Positions 37,632-50,068 of a DNA stretch of 64,000 nucleotides are shown here, in pieces (the stretch's first letter is position 1; each line of letters starts with the position of its first letter). The DNA is from Tubulanus polymorphus. Lineage: Eukaryota; Animalia; Nemertea. The position numbers and the translations under genes were made by a program. The stretch lies in NCBI RefSeq assembly GCF_964204645.1, contig NC_134034.1:13901062-13965061 (forward strand). The letters run 5' to 3'. A model generated the notes under the pieces. The model had not been told where the DNA came from, did no database searches, and saw only the letters and a program-made list of their open reading frames with translations.

Positions 37632-37930
37632 CTGCTACTGCTGCTGTTGCTGCTGCTGGTGGCGCTGTTGCTGCATAGTGCTGGTACTGCGGGTACTGCC
37701 AGTGCTGCTGTTGCAGCTGGTGGTGGCGCCGTTGCTGCATGGTGCTGGTACTGCAGGTACTGCCAGTGCTGCTGTTGCAGCTGGTGGTGGCGCTGTTGCT
37801 GCATGGTGCTGGTACTGCAGGTACTGCCAGTGCTGCTGTTGCAGCTGGTGGTGGCGCTGTTGCTGCATGGTGCTGGTACTGCAGGTACTGCCAGTGCTGC
37901 TGTTGCTGCTGCTGCGGTGTGTATCTCATC
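37632..37930. repeat. 64-bp GC-rich VNTR: 4 units in A, 9 in B (51168-51786), 8 in C (63308-63862)
   Basis: Monomer ctggtggtggcgctgttgctgcatggtgctggtactgcaggtactgccagtgctgctgttgcag; segment lengths 299/619/555 differ by exact multiples of 64. Confidence 0.95.
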
Positions 37931-38370
37931 CTGTAACTGAGAGTAAAACTGTAATTTTTAGTTCAAAAATAATTAAAAATATCAACAGAGACTGTTTAAG
38001 AATTCTGTGGAGAAATTCATTACCAGTTTTGTACTTACCTTAAATGAGCCTGTTTAAATAGTAAATTATATTGCATTCATTTCATTCTGAAAAGAAAAAG
38101 AAGCAATAATCAGTGACAATAGAGCAGAATGTAACATCTCAAATTATCAATCAATCAGACAGAAACAGTACAGGATTTCTGTAGATTAAACTGCTGTACT
38201 TATTTCATACTGATTGTACAGTTACAGATACATGTAACATTGTGTACAGATACAGAGTACAGATCACTGCATTACTTCATCCTGTGATTGAACAGTGATT
38301 TAATGTTCTTTCATCTTCATTAGATTCCCATCCGTCTAACTAAAACATCAGAACATTTTAACTCATCTAA

Positions 38371-38826
38371 CCTCCCGACCCGACCCTCCCAGACCCCATC
38401 CCTCCCACTCTCCCACACCCCTTCCCTCCCGCCCTCCCCGACCCCATAACTCCCACCCTCCCGGACCCCTTCCCTCCCGCCCTCCCAAACCCCTTCCCTC
38501 CCGCCCTCCCCGACCCCTTCCCTCCCACCGTCCGATACCCCTTCCCTCCAGCGCCCCTTCCCTCCCTCCCTTCCTCCCTCCCTCAATGCCCTCCCACCTG
38601 GCCCTCCCTCAATGCCCTCCCACCTGGCCCACCCTCAATGCCCTCCCACCTAGCCCTCCCTCAATGCCCTCCCACCTGGCCCACCCTCAATGCCCTCCCA
38701 CCTAGCCCTCCCTCAATGCCCTCCCACCTGGCCCACCCTCAATGCCCTCCCACCTGGCCCACCCTCAATGCGCTCCCACCTAGCCCTTCCTCAATGCCCT
38801 CCCACCTAGCCTTCCCTCAATGCCTC
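38371..38826. repeat. C-rich/G-rich low-complexity tract plus 26-bp minisatellite (cctcaatgccctcccacctggcccac); related C-rich tract at 41715-41995
   Basis: Direct reading; many GGG runs on the minus strand (G-quadruplex-capable). Confidence 0.85.
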
Positions 38827-40040
38827 CTCAACTCTGTTGTCTCCTCTTCACACACCACACATCTGTACAATAACTACAAAACGATTTGCCATTTTTCACG
38901 ATCATATCAATTTCATTTATAAATCAAAATCCTTAATCAATTGCATCATTGATGGGACTCACAGATACTGTCTCTACACATTTTGGAGGCATTCAGATGA
39001 CCTCAAATGATCATATGCCTGGGTTGGTCTTGAAAATCACATGGCTTCATTTTTACAGATGATTTCTTTATCAATTTCATCAAATTATTCCTATTATTTC
39101 TACTCCCTCTAATAAGTATTCACAATATATCTCAGTTTCATGACAAGTTGCAGCAGTCGTCTGTAAACAGATTTCATTTCATCAAATGATGCAAGTTTGA
39201 GTTGTAGAGGTTTCATCTACAAAACATTAAACCAAACCCGAGGAACTTAATGTTGTAAGGGAGGGGGAGGTATACGGAGGGTTCACCCGAACCAAGGCTA
39301 TAAGCCCGAACCAAACCTCCACACTCACAAAACAATTAATGCTATTTATGTTGCTTCACCAATTCAACATGACGTCACTAAATGGAACCATTGTGGACTA
39401 TTTCAATACTCTCTACTAGAGGTTTCATATAAGCAAGTAGTTTATGGAATCCTATTCATAAAAGTTATTAATCAATGTTTTTAAACTGCTGATGCAAAAT
39501 ATATACGTCATTAAATAATCTGTTTGATTGTCTTTTCAAGTTACCACTTAAACCCAGTGGAACAAATCAAACTCCAGCCATTTTTCCTTCATTTGCCATT
39601 TTTCGTTTTTACTCTTTTCTCTGACTTTTAGCACTTGAGTCGAGGTAGGAATAGACCCCTGCCCGCTCGCTAAGCGTGCAGGACACTAAACCTTCGAATT
39701 GCTCTCGGACCCCACTCTTTATATCAGCATTTCATGCTGTTTTATTTTATTCACGCATTCGCTTTACATTTTTTCATATGGCTTTTCCTTATTTGTCGTC
39801 TCACTAAAATTCTCATCCGTTCCGACTGGGATCAAGTTTAATCTTTTAGAGACAAACAGCAAAAGGTTGTGTTAGTTGCACCAGCAGCAGCAGCAGCAGC
39901 TGCAGCAGCACCAGCAGCAACACTGATACAGATGAATCTTTCATTAACTACGTCATTTCTTCCATTCTCAAATATTGAGTCATGAAGGCAACAGAAATAA
40001 CTTTAAAAAACGTTAAATCTTTCATTGATGGTCTTTGTTT

Positions 40041-40246
40041 AGTGACCTAAGCGTCAAAGTTTGGTTCATAGCCCAGGTTTGGTGACCAGAGTCAAAGTTT
40101 GGTTCATAGCCCTGTTTTGGTGACCAAAGAGTCAAAGTTTGGTTCATGGCTCAGGTTTAGTGACCAAAGAGTCAAAGTTTGGTTCATAGCCCTGTTTTGG
40201 TGACCAAAGAGTCAAAGTTTGGTCTATGGTTCTGATTTGGTGACCA
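40041..40246. repeat. ~40-bp minisatellite (5 units in A, 6 in B at ~53886-54132)
   Basis: tgaccaaagagtcaaagtttggttcatagccctgttttgg repeated. Confidence 0.9.
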
Positions 40247-40895
40247 CCGAGGGTAAATATAGCTCATGGCCCTCGTTAAAGGTAAGTCAGTTTTATGGCT
40301 CTGGTTTGATTAGCAAATAACATGAGAAATTGAGCATTGCATATGTTAAATAGGGGAATTGGACTAAACACTCATCACTAGAATAAAGTGAAGAATTATG
40401 TTTACACTGAATGGGCTCAAAATCTTGGACTAATTGATAAAGTCCGAAATAATTCTGACTAATTGAGTCTACCGGAAAATGATGCATTGATCGAAGTCTA
40501 AAAGCTATAAACTGACAAATTGATCGAGCACTGATAATATTTTAAATAACAGCGGAGGATGAAATAACTTTCATAAACTGATATGATCGTGAAAAATGGC
40601 AAAATACACTGATAAAGCGTGGGGGAGGTGTATCTAGAGTCTCATTGTAGTAGGAAGATTGCCGTAGCCTAACTGTAAAAACTACATCTGGTTGAATATC
40701 ATCTGTTTTTATGGCTTTTAAATTCAGTAAAATATTTCCTGATATAAGTATAATTAGTTCGCAGCCCCTTAAATTCTGTCTAGAATAGAATTATAAGTCA
40801 CAGGGTAGAAATAGAATATTATCCTATTCTAAAATGAATATAATAATAGAACAATAGTCTCTCCGTGTCAATCTTTGTCCCACCTAAAAATTGTA

Positions 40896-41667
40896 CAGTT
40901 TATTTCAGAAAATGTGTCCCATCTTTTTGAAAAGGATAACTAATTATTAAGGATATCTATGAATAGTGATATACTGTGCCATGAAGGCAAATGAAGAAGT
41001 GTGTCAATAAAAGTGATAACAAAACATATCACTTATTCTAATGAGTTCTATACTCTTCTTCCAAAAATGAAGAGTAGGTCTCTGTCTAGGAATCTGCAGA
41101 AAAAAGAGGAAGCAGCGATGAATGTGAACTGCATCTCGACTCTCGTCAACAATTTTCTAAGTCGTCCTATACAGTTCTCAGTATTTACAGCCGTTTCTAA
41201 AATAGCACAGAAGAAAATACATCTTTCAGCTAGAAATGTATCAGTAAACCGCCAGATATCAACAGTAATTATTACGTATGATTGTTGTTTCATTCAATTA
41301 TTAATGAAGCCGTGTTTTGATCGGAGCCAAGGAGCAGTTTGTGATCATTCAAAAAATATCTCTCATTCCTGACCACATTAAATAATGGCCCTAAAATTTG
41401 AAACGTCCCAATTCAAAAATCTGGGGGCAATTATCTCATAACGATTGAGAGAAGTGACGGTGAAATTACGTGCGCACTCACCGGGGATCAAACCCGGGTC
41501 TCATAGAAATAACAACTAGTAAAATAGAACGAGTCCAATTGGCCGATGGTTATACAGCTTGTCATGCATAACAACTGAAACATGACATGTTGCAGTCACG
41601 TGTTTCATAATGATTAATCCTTTCTTAGAATAATAAAAAGATGGGACACATTTTCTGAAATATACTG
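40896..41667. mobile_element. Non-autonomous Tc1/mariner-type element (~770 bp, 33-bp TIRs); copy in B from 54788
   Basis: TA|CAGTTTATTTCAGAAAATGTGTCCCATCTTTTT versus AAAAAGATGGGACACATTTTCTGAAATATACTG. Confidence 0.78.
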
Positions 41668-43084
41668 AATTTCGAAACTAAAACTACGACTAAACCACCT
41701 GTACCTGTACCTAAACCCTAAAGCCCCACCCTATATCCCTCCCTCCAAAGTCCTACCACCACCCCTACATCCCTCCCATCCTCCCGGAACCCCATCCCTT
41801 CCACCCTCCCGGACCCCTTCCCTCCCGCCCTCCCGGACCCCTTCCCAACCGCCCTCCCTCCCAAACCCCTTCCCTCCTGCCCTCCCTCACCCCATCCCTC
41901 CCACCCAGACCCCTTCCCTCCCACCATCCCCCACCCCAACCCTCCCTCCCTCTACCCCTTCCCTCCCCCAACCCTACCCACCCTCCCCAAACCCCGTGGT
42001 TAGGTGAGTTGAATGTTCTGATGTTTTAGTTAGACGGATGGGAATCTAATGAAGATGAAAGAACATTAAATCACTGTTCAATCACAGGATGAAGTAATGC
42101 AGTGATCTGTACTCTGTATCTGTACACAATGTTACATGTATCTGTAACTGTACAATCAGTATGAAATAAGTACAGCAGTTTAATCTGCAGAAATTCTAAC
42201 TCTTAAGATACACATGATCTGATTATTACGAAGGAACATGATTGATAACAGTTGTATTATTGACATCAGGAACCACTTTCATATTGATTAGAAATAACAT
42301 TTGAGTTGATCACAATTTAGAAAACCTGTAAACCCGCTTACAGAAATAACAATCCCAACCATGAACTGATTATAGCCAAATATTCACCAAAAGAAATTTG
42401 AAATGATTGAATAACTGCAACAGGTTCTGAGATTTCATTTCAAAACATGGTTTATAACAAACAATATAAAATTGGTCCCTTAAAATCAATTCAACAACCG
42501 ATAAATAAAGATTAATGTAACTTATCTTGAATTTCCACATAGGCTATAGTGATTCCTGATGTCATGCTGAATCCAAGAGTGATTCCCGATGTCCTGTGCT
42601 AAATCAAAAAAAGTCTGGTAGTAAAACACTGATTCCTTGTTGTCCTGTGCTGAATCCAAGAATGATTCCCGATGTCCGGCGCAAAACCAAAAAAGTCTGA
42701 TTGTGAAACACTGATTCCTTGTTGTCCTGTGCTGAATCTAAGAGTGATTCTTGTTTTCCTGTGCTGAATCAAAATTCCCGTTGAACATGTTGAAGTGATA
42801 CCTATAATAGACAAATCTAAGATTGTTTTCTTTCCTTAGAAATAACTGCAGAAATATCAAATCTAAAATTCAAACTTACAAATTAGATTGTTCGCTCCAA
42901 TCTGCAGTTCATTTATTCACGGGGTTTTTCTATCCACAGTTTAGGTTTTGCATCTAGAGTTCAACATGAAATATAAACAAGAAAGTAATGAAAAAACGAA
43001 CAGTTTAAATATTATCTGTTTCTGAAACCAATGAAGATCATCATCATCAATATCACAGACGAATGGAGGCAAGTAGAGGCATCA

Positions 43085-43427
43085 ATCCTCCTGCGGCAGG
43101 GACTCGAACCTGATGGCATCCAGAATGCCACGGTACGAAACCCTGCCACACTAGACCTAGTGCGCAGCAGCTACACGCGCAGCTTAGATGATGTCATTAA
43201 TAGCCAATCAGAAATTCAGTTTTATTTGAGCCCGGGTTTTCCCATTTATAGTTCTTCCGTGAAATTTACCTCAGCGATTAACGAGCAATCTGATTGGTGC
43301 TGCAAGATTTCATGCGGCAAAGCTGCGCATGTACCTGCGCACCCGGTCTAGTGTGGCAGGGGTTCGTGCCGTGGCTGAGTGTAGCGAGAGATGTCATCAG
43401 GTTCAAATCCCTCCCATGGAAGGATGT
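43085..43427. mobile_element. ~340-bp quasi-palindromic element with two outward-facing tRNA/SINE-like arms (43085-43167, 43335-43427); copy in B ~57025-57368
   Basis: Left-arm reverse complement ctgcgcactaggtctagtgtggcagggtttcgtaccgtggc...catcaggttcgagtccct matches right arm ctgcgcacccggtctagtgtggcaggggttcgtgccgtggc...catcaggttcaaatccct. Confidence 0.75.
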
Positions 43428-44510
43428 TGGTGTCCCACATGTTTGGACTGTGATTGATATCGATTTAGCGACAGATGAAATAAACTTACACTGTTTTCAC
43501 TGTTTGATTAAATCAGTCGATGGAATCATTTTAGAACAAATTCATCACAAAACAGCGAGGTGAAGCCCATCGTGGTCTAGATATATCAGGATGGAGACGT
43601 CGATATGCTCGACTGAGCGCCTCCAGTCCAAGTGCACCGTTTGTAGGATGTACCTCTGAAATAATATGATTTCCCGCAATATCTGAGATGGAATATTTTT
43701 CGCCATTTAAACCAATGTTACAAACACTTACCAAATATTGAAATACTGATTTCAGGGGTCGGGAAGGAGGGTGGCAATGTTTAGGTGAGGTTTTTGCTTA
43801 ATTTCGTGTTATGGTAAAGCACGCCATTTTGATATTGCGTCATAGTGTACCTCAGATTGGGATTCCCGCCGCTAGACTGGTCACCGCCACATGTACTCGC
43901 AGTTAGAAATGGCAACCAGTCTATTGCAGGTCTCGGCTTCTTTTCGATTAGATTGGATTCTTAAATTCTACGAAATATTCAAAGAATTTATTCTAATGAA
44001 AACCACGCTTTTTACCAATCTAATCATTCGTTTCGAGGTTTCCGGAATTACTACTTTAGTTCACAGAAATTCCGCTATCGTTATTCATAGGGGCAGCAGT
44101 GAACGGTTGTTATCTGATGCAGTCTTGCTATTTTACTGCGGCATGTGAGGAATACAGATTTTTCTTAAGTCAAATTTCATTCATCACTCAACACTAGTTT
44201 ATTAGAAATTAATAACTGTACCAACATAAGAGCTTTATATAAGGAGAGTAAATGGTATGATAGAATCTCCCTAATTCCGATCATTGGGACCAACAAAATT
44301 CATCCGTTTTACGGCAAATCCGGATTTAAAGTCATTTTCGTGTATATTAATGATTAAATTGACAGTAAATATTATCCGGATTAGACCAAAATTCGGATTA
44401 AGCCGATGCAGATTAAACGATTTAGTTTGACTGTATTAGCCAATAGAATCAGTCTTCGCCCATCGAACTGGCCCCAGGGCACTAAAATTACCAAGAAACA
44501 AACACTGACG

Positions 44511-45445
44511 AGTGTTGGCCTGCTAAATAAACGCAGAAACCCTAGTGTTGGCCTATTTAATAAACGCAGAAACCCTAGTGTTGGCCTGCTAAATAAACGC
44601 AGAAACCCTAGTGTTGGCCTGTTTAATGAACGTAGAAACCCTATTGTTGGCCTGTTTAATAAACGCAGAAACCCTAGTGTTGGCCTGCTAAATAAACGCA
44701 GAAACCCTAGTGTTGGCCTGTTTAATGAACGTAGAAACCCTAGTGTTGGCCTATTTAATAAACGTAGAAACCCTATTGTTGGCCTGTTTAATAAACGCAG
44801 AAACCCTAGTGTTGGCTTGTTTAATAAACGTAGAAACCCTAGTGTTGGCCTGTTTAATAAACGTAGAAACCCTAGTGTTGGCTTGTTTAATAAACGTAGA
44901 AACCCTAGTGTTGGCCTGTTTAATAAACGCAGAAACCCTAGTGTTGGCTTGTTTAATAAACGTAGAAACCCTAGTGTTGGCCTGTTTAATAAACGTAGAA
45001 ACCCTAGTGTTGGCCTGTTTAATAAACGTAGAAACCCTAGTGTTGGCCTGTTTAATAAACGCAGAAACCCTAGTGTTGGCCTGTTTAATGAACGTAGAAA
45101 CCCTAGTGTTGGCCTATTTAATAAACGTAGAAACCCTAGTGTTGGCCTGTTAAATAAACGCAGAAACCCTAGTGTTGGCCTGTTTAATAAACTCAATAAC
45201 CCTAGTGTTGGCCTGCTTAAGAAACGCAGTAACCCTAGCGTTGGCCTGTTTAATAAACGTAGAAACCCTAGTGTTGGCCTGTTTAATAAACGCAGAAACC
45301 CTAGTGTTGGCCTGTTAAATAAACGCAGAAACCCTAGTGTTGGCCTGTTTAATAAACTCAATAACCCTAGTGTTGGCCTGCTTAAGAAACGCAGTAACCC
45401 TAGCGTTGGCCTGTTTAATAAACGCCGAAACCTTAGTGTTGGCCT
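44511..45445. repeat. 33-bp satellite, ~28 copies (about 2 at 32836-32913 in A; about 11 at 58431-58805 in C)
   Basis: Same monomer as 7719-8258; it produces the spurious 11-aa-repeat ORFs. Confidence 0.96.
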
Positions 45446-48400
45446 TGTACCACACTGACCACACATATTCACAAACCAGGTCAGTCACTAGAACTCAGCG
45501 GTCTAGTGGTTAGCGTGTTCGGCCGGCATGCTGGAGGTCGCAGGTTCAAGTCCTGCTAGGGTTAGGGTTACGATCGATCTAGGGTCAGGGTTAGTGCCTC
45601 AACTTGGGGTTAATTTTTTGCCCAGCGAGGTATTTGTAGTACGATGATCATCTGTTTGCCTCGGGTTATTTTTTGGTCAATAGATTCTATACTAACTTAT
45701 ATATTTTGAACACATATATTTGCTTTATCTAGTGGAGGCCACTTTATTTAAAAGATACTTCGCTCAATACAGTAGTTTATTTCTAAATGAATAAAAGAGT
45801 TGGTGACATTATCCAATATATATAAAAACCACAATATCTATTTTAAGGTTGGTATGCAACAATTTCCACTCTTTTCCATAGGTGTCGCATTGGATAAATG
45901 TCTATATCTCTTGACCCAATGGACCGATTACGATTAAACTTGATACACAGGAACTTTTATCAAGTAGCACTCGGGGTGGGTGAAATCGCTCTAGGTTGAA
46001 GTTACACTGTCCTAAAATGGCTCCAAACAACGTGAAATTGGTAGTTAGGCCTACTACGAGTACGGGTAGAACACAGTTTTAAATCGTATCGTTGTAGATT
46101 ATCGTAAAGAAGATGTATCCGTTAATACGACGATTAACAGTACAAATATCGATATAGACACGGTTTTAGTCGAGACATTGATCGCCGGGTTTAAACATTC
46201 CTGGATATGACCATGTTTCACAATTAAATTCATCTTCTAAATGAGGACGACCATCGATCACGTGTCTAATCGCATCATAATGGGTACGGGTTGTCCCGCG
46301 TTCGAACCAAGTAATTACTGATACTGGTTCAGAGTGGTCTTGATACTGAATAGAGGATGAACAGGGGTGTCACGGGTTTGAACCCAGTAATTACTGATAC
46401 TGGTTCAGAGTAGTCTTGATACTGAATAGAGGATGTACAGGGGTGTCACGGGTTCGAACCCAGTAATTACTGATACTGATTCAGAGAGGTCCTGATGCTG
46501 ATTAGATGATGTACAGGGGTGTCCCGGGTTCGAACTCAGTAGTGGTCCAAGTTGTCCTGATGCTGAATGGAGGATGTACATGGGTGTCCCGGATTCAAAT
46601 CCGGTCTATTGGTACTGATTCTGATTGGTCCTGATGCTGAATCGAGGATGTACAGGGGTGTGTCCCGGGTTCGAGAACCAGTAATTACTGATACTGATTC
46701 AGGGTGGTCCTGATGCTGATTAGATGATGTACAGGGGTGTTCCGGGTTCGAACTCAGTAGTGGTCGAAGTTGTCCTGATGCTGAATGGAGGATGTACGGT
46801 GGTGTCCCGACCGTACGGTGCTGCCGCTATGCTCATCGTTAGCGGGATTTCCATACACTAACTGAAGTCAACTCTGGCAATCTTCGTGGTGTCCAGTTAT
46901 ACTCCCTTACACTTGATTGCCAGAGTTGATTAACGTTAGTGTATGAAAATCCCGCTACCGATGAGCATAGAGGCAGCACCGTACGGTAAAATGTTGATAT
47001 CTTAACAAAAGTAATTACTGATAACTGATTCTCATTGGTCCTGATGCTGAATGGAGGATGTGCAGGGGTGTGTCCCGGGTTCGAAACCAGTAATTACTGA
47101 TACTGGTTCTGAGTAGTCCCGATGTTAATTAGATGATGTACAGGGGTGTCCCGGGTTCGAAACCAGTAGTGGTCCAAGTTGTCCTGATTGTGAATAGAGG
47201 ATGTACAGGGGTATCCCGGGTTCAAACCCAGTAATTACTTATACTGATTCAGTGGTACTGATGCCGAATAAAGGATGTACAGGGGTGTCCTGGGTTCGAA
47301 ACCAGTAATTACTGATACTGGTTCTGAGTGGTCCTGATGCTTATTAGATGATGTACAGGGGTGTCCTGGGTTCGAAACCAGTAGTGGTCAAAGTTGTCCT
47401 GAGTGTGAATAGAGGAGTACGATGTATCCCGGGTTCAAACCCAGTAATTACTTGTACTGATTCAGAGTGGTACTGATGCTGAATATAGGATGTACAGGGG
47501 TGTCCCGGGCTCGAACCCAGCACTATTACAGTACTAGGTCGTTTCTCAAAAATGATTAAATAACGCACACACGACTTATGGCAACATTTATCTATATTTA
47601 TTCCTCATTGTCATGTAACGCACCTGCCCTATTAAGAATAGTAGTTGGACCATCGAATTGAAACCCTCGCATACCAGGGTAAGAAAGAATAAGTGAATCC
47701 CTCGAGTGGACACCAGGGGTCGCAGTTTCACAAAAAAACGATGTATTTTAATTGAATTTGTGAAGAAATTTAATCTGGATCAAATCTCACAAAAACAGAT
47801 GAACTTAGTTTCTCTTTTTTGTTGATCTTTGATAATTAATCCGTATATGTGAAACCGTACCCTCGGTAGGATTTGGTTTATGATGCGAGGGTTTCAATCA
47901 GATTTAGATGCTGCAGTTTCGCACACTGAATAGCGAGTATTTAATACCGTCGAGTCCAGTTTCACAGAGAAAGGATGAATCAATATAGGCGGTAAAGTCG
48001 AATAGAGAAGTTTTTTGAGTAAATTATTTCTATGAAACTGAACCCGTGGGATTTACGTGTGACGCACTGATTGTGTGTGAAACTGCTGACGTCTGTAATC
48101 ACAACTAAAACAACACAGAAAATTCATCTTTATTTCAAATAAAACAGAACAACAGTTCACACGAAATATTATAGTCCCATAATAAAGAAAACCTGTCGAT
48201 ATTTCAACTTTATGATTTCATTGATTGAGCGACTTGTCAAAACATGTCCATATTACATCATTATACAATATGTGTATCATACAATTTTTTTACAAAACCA
48301 GACCAATAAAACTGGGTCGTGGGGTACAAACAATTACAAACTAATGCAACCAGTTATCGCTGCTTTACAGCTACATTTAATCTTAATTTCAATTTTCACT

Positions 48401-49292
48401 AAAACTTTAACACCCACTATATAGAAACTTAATAGAAGTAAAAGAGACAACATTTTGGAGTCTCTGTAGAGACCATCATCAAGTCTGAAGAATAACTAAA
48501 ACAGGGAAAAACAAGTTAATTAGGAAAGTAAAGCGAGTGTTCAGTGCTAAGGTCGAGAGGTTTTGTTATTTTGTGCGTATAGGTTGTTCTAGTTATTTCT
48601 TCATTATACTTTTATTACTTTTTATACTTTTATTACTTTGATTCTTGATAAATGAATTTTGCCTTAAATTTGCATATAGCAGGGTTTAAATTATATATTC
48701 TATGCCCGAGTCAGGCTATTATTCTATAAGCAAAAATGACACCACAGCTTTGAGAGACGAATCAGGGGATGACTCTATTGTTTTTATGTATACGTGATAC
48801 ACAGTCTATCAAACCATCACAAACAGTAGGCTGCCCGTGCCGGTCGGCACAGATAAACAATATTCATTTGGCTTTAAACTTAAAAATTGCAGATCTGAAA
48901 TAAGTGGCATCATATCAATCTCCAGGTAGATGGCTGGTCCCTGTCCCTGTCAAATGGCAAATTGGTCCCGATCCCAACTTCGTCCTAGAATAGAGAAAAC
49001 TTGCGTCAGCAAATATTACATAGAAAATGTTCAATTGAATTAACAGTCAAGTGGGAATTGTCTTCATGACATCATTCGGTAACTAGAATCTATAATTACC
49101 TTATAATACTAGATAATTCAACACCATTATTCAATCTTTGATCACTTTTCAAACTGTTCTATTGGACAAATTTCATGCTGCAAAAAATCATTATACTATG
49201 AAAATACTAAGTAATGTATTTATAGCAGTCTGAAATTGGGGCTAAATTCTATTAGAAAATCAATCATTTTCAAACTTGTGTTGAGCAGAATT

Positions 49293-50068
<776 letters not shown>

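Larger units (their letters stand above)
38175..42194. mobile_element. ~4-kb foldback-like segment bounded by ~197-bp near-perfect inverted repeats (38175-38372 / 41998-42194); copy in B ~52032-56134
   Basis: Arms are reverse complements differing at about three sites; no internal transposase ORF; no clear TSD. Confidence 0.7.
36484..43827 (-). ncRNA. Putative multi-exon non-coding or degenerate transcript in unit A (exons ~43827-43732, 43655-43490, ..., 38086-38039, 37930-37632, 37458-37344, 37187-37123, 36847-36634, 36544-...); paralogues in B (~49291-57748) and C (62157 to window end)
   Basis: Consecutive canonical donors (GTAAGT, GTAAAA, GTAAAT, GTGAGT) and polypyrimidine-AG acceptors all on the minus strand and retained across copies; no long spliced ORF. 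Confidence 0.5.
32514..44187. repeat. Macrosatellite unit A (~11.7 kb)
   Basis: Anchors recur collinearly: tRNA-like 32958/45492/58852; CAG 36487/49296/62162; 64-bp VNTR 37632/51168/63308. Confidence 0.95.

Noticed and set aside
41001-41372. 123-aa ORF inside the Tc1-like element as a transposase
   Set aside because: No recognisable HTH/DDE motifs, GTG start, and frameshifted in unit B.
43929-43960. U2 snRNA 5'-end resemblance (tctcggcttcttttcgattagat)
   Set aside because: Only a loose ~20-nt match; no GTGTAGTA branch-pairing sequence or Sm site follows.
44381-45472. 350-363-aa ORFs with 11-aa repeats (also 7882-8685 and 58326-58873)
   Set aside because: Open frames on both strands arise from a stop-poor 33-bp satellite, and copy number varies freely.
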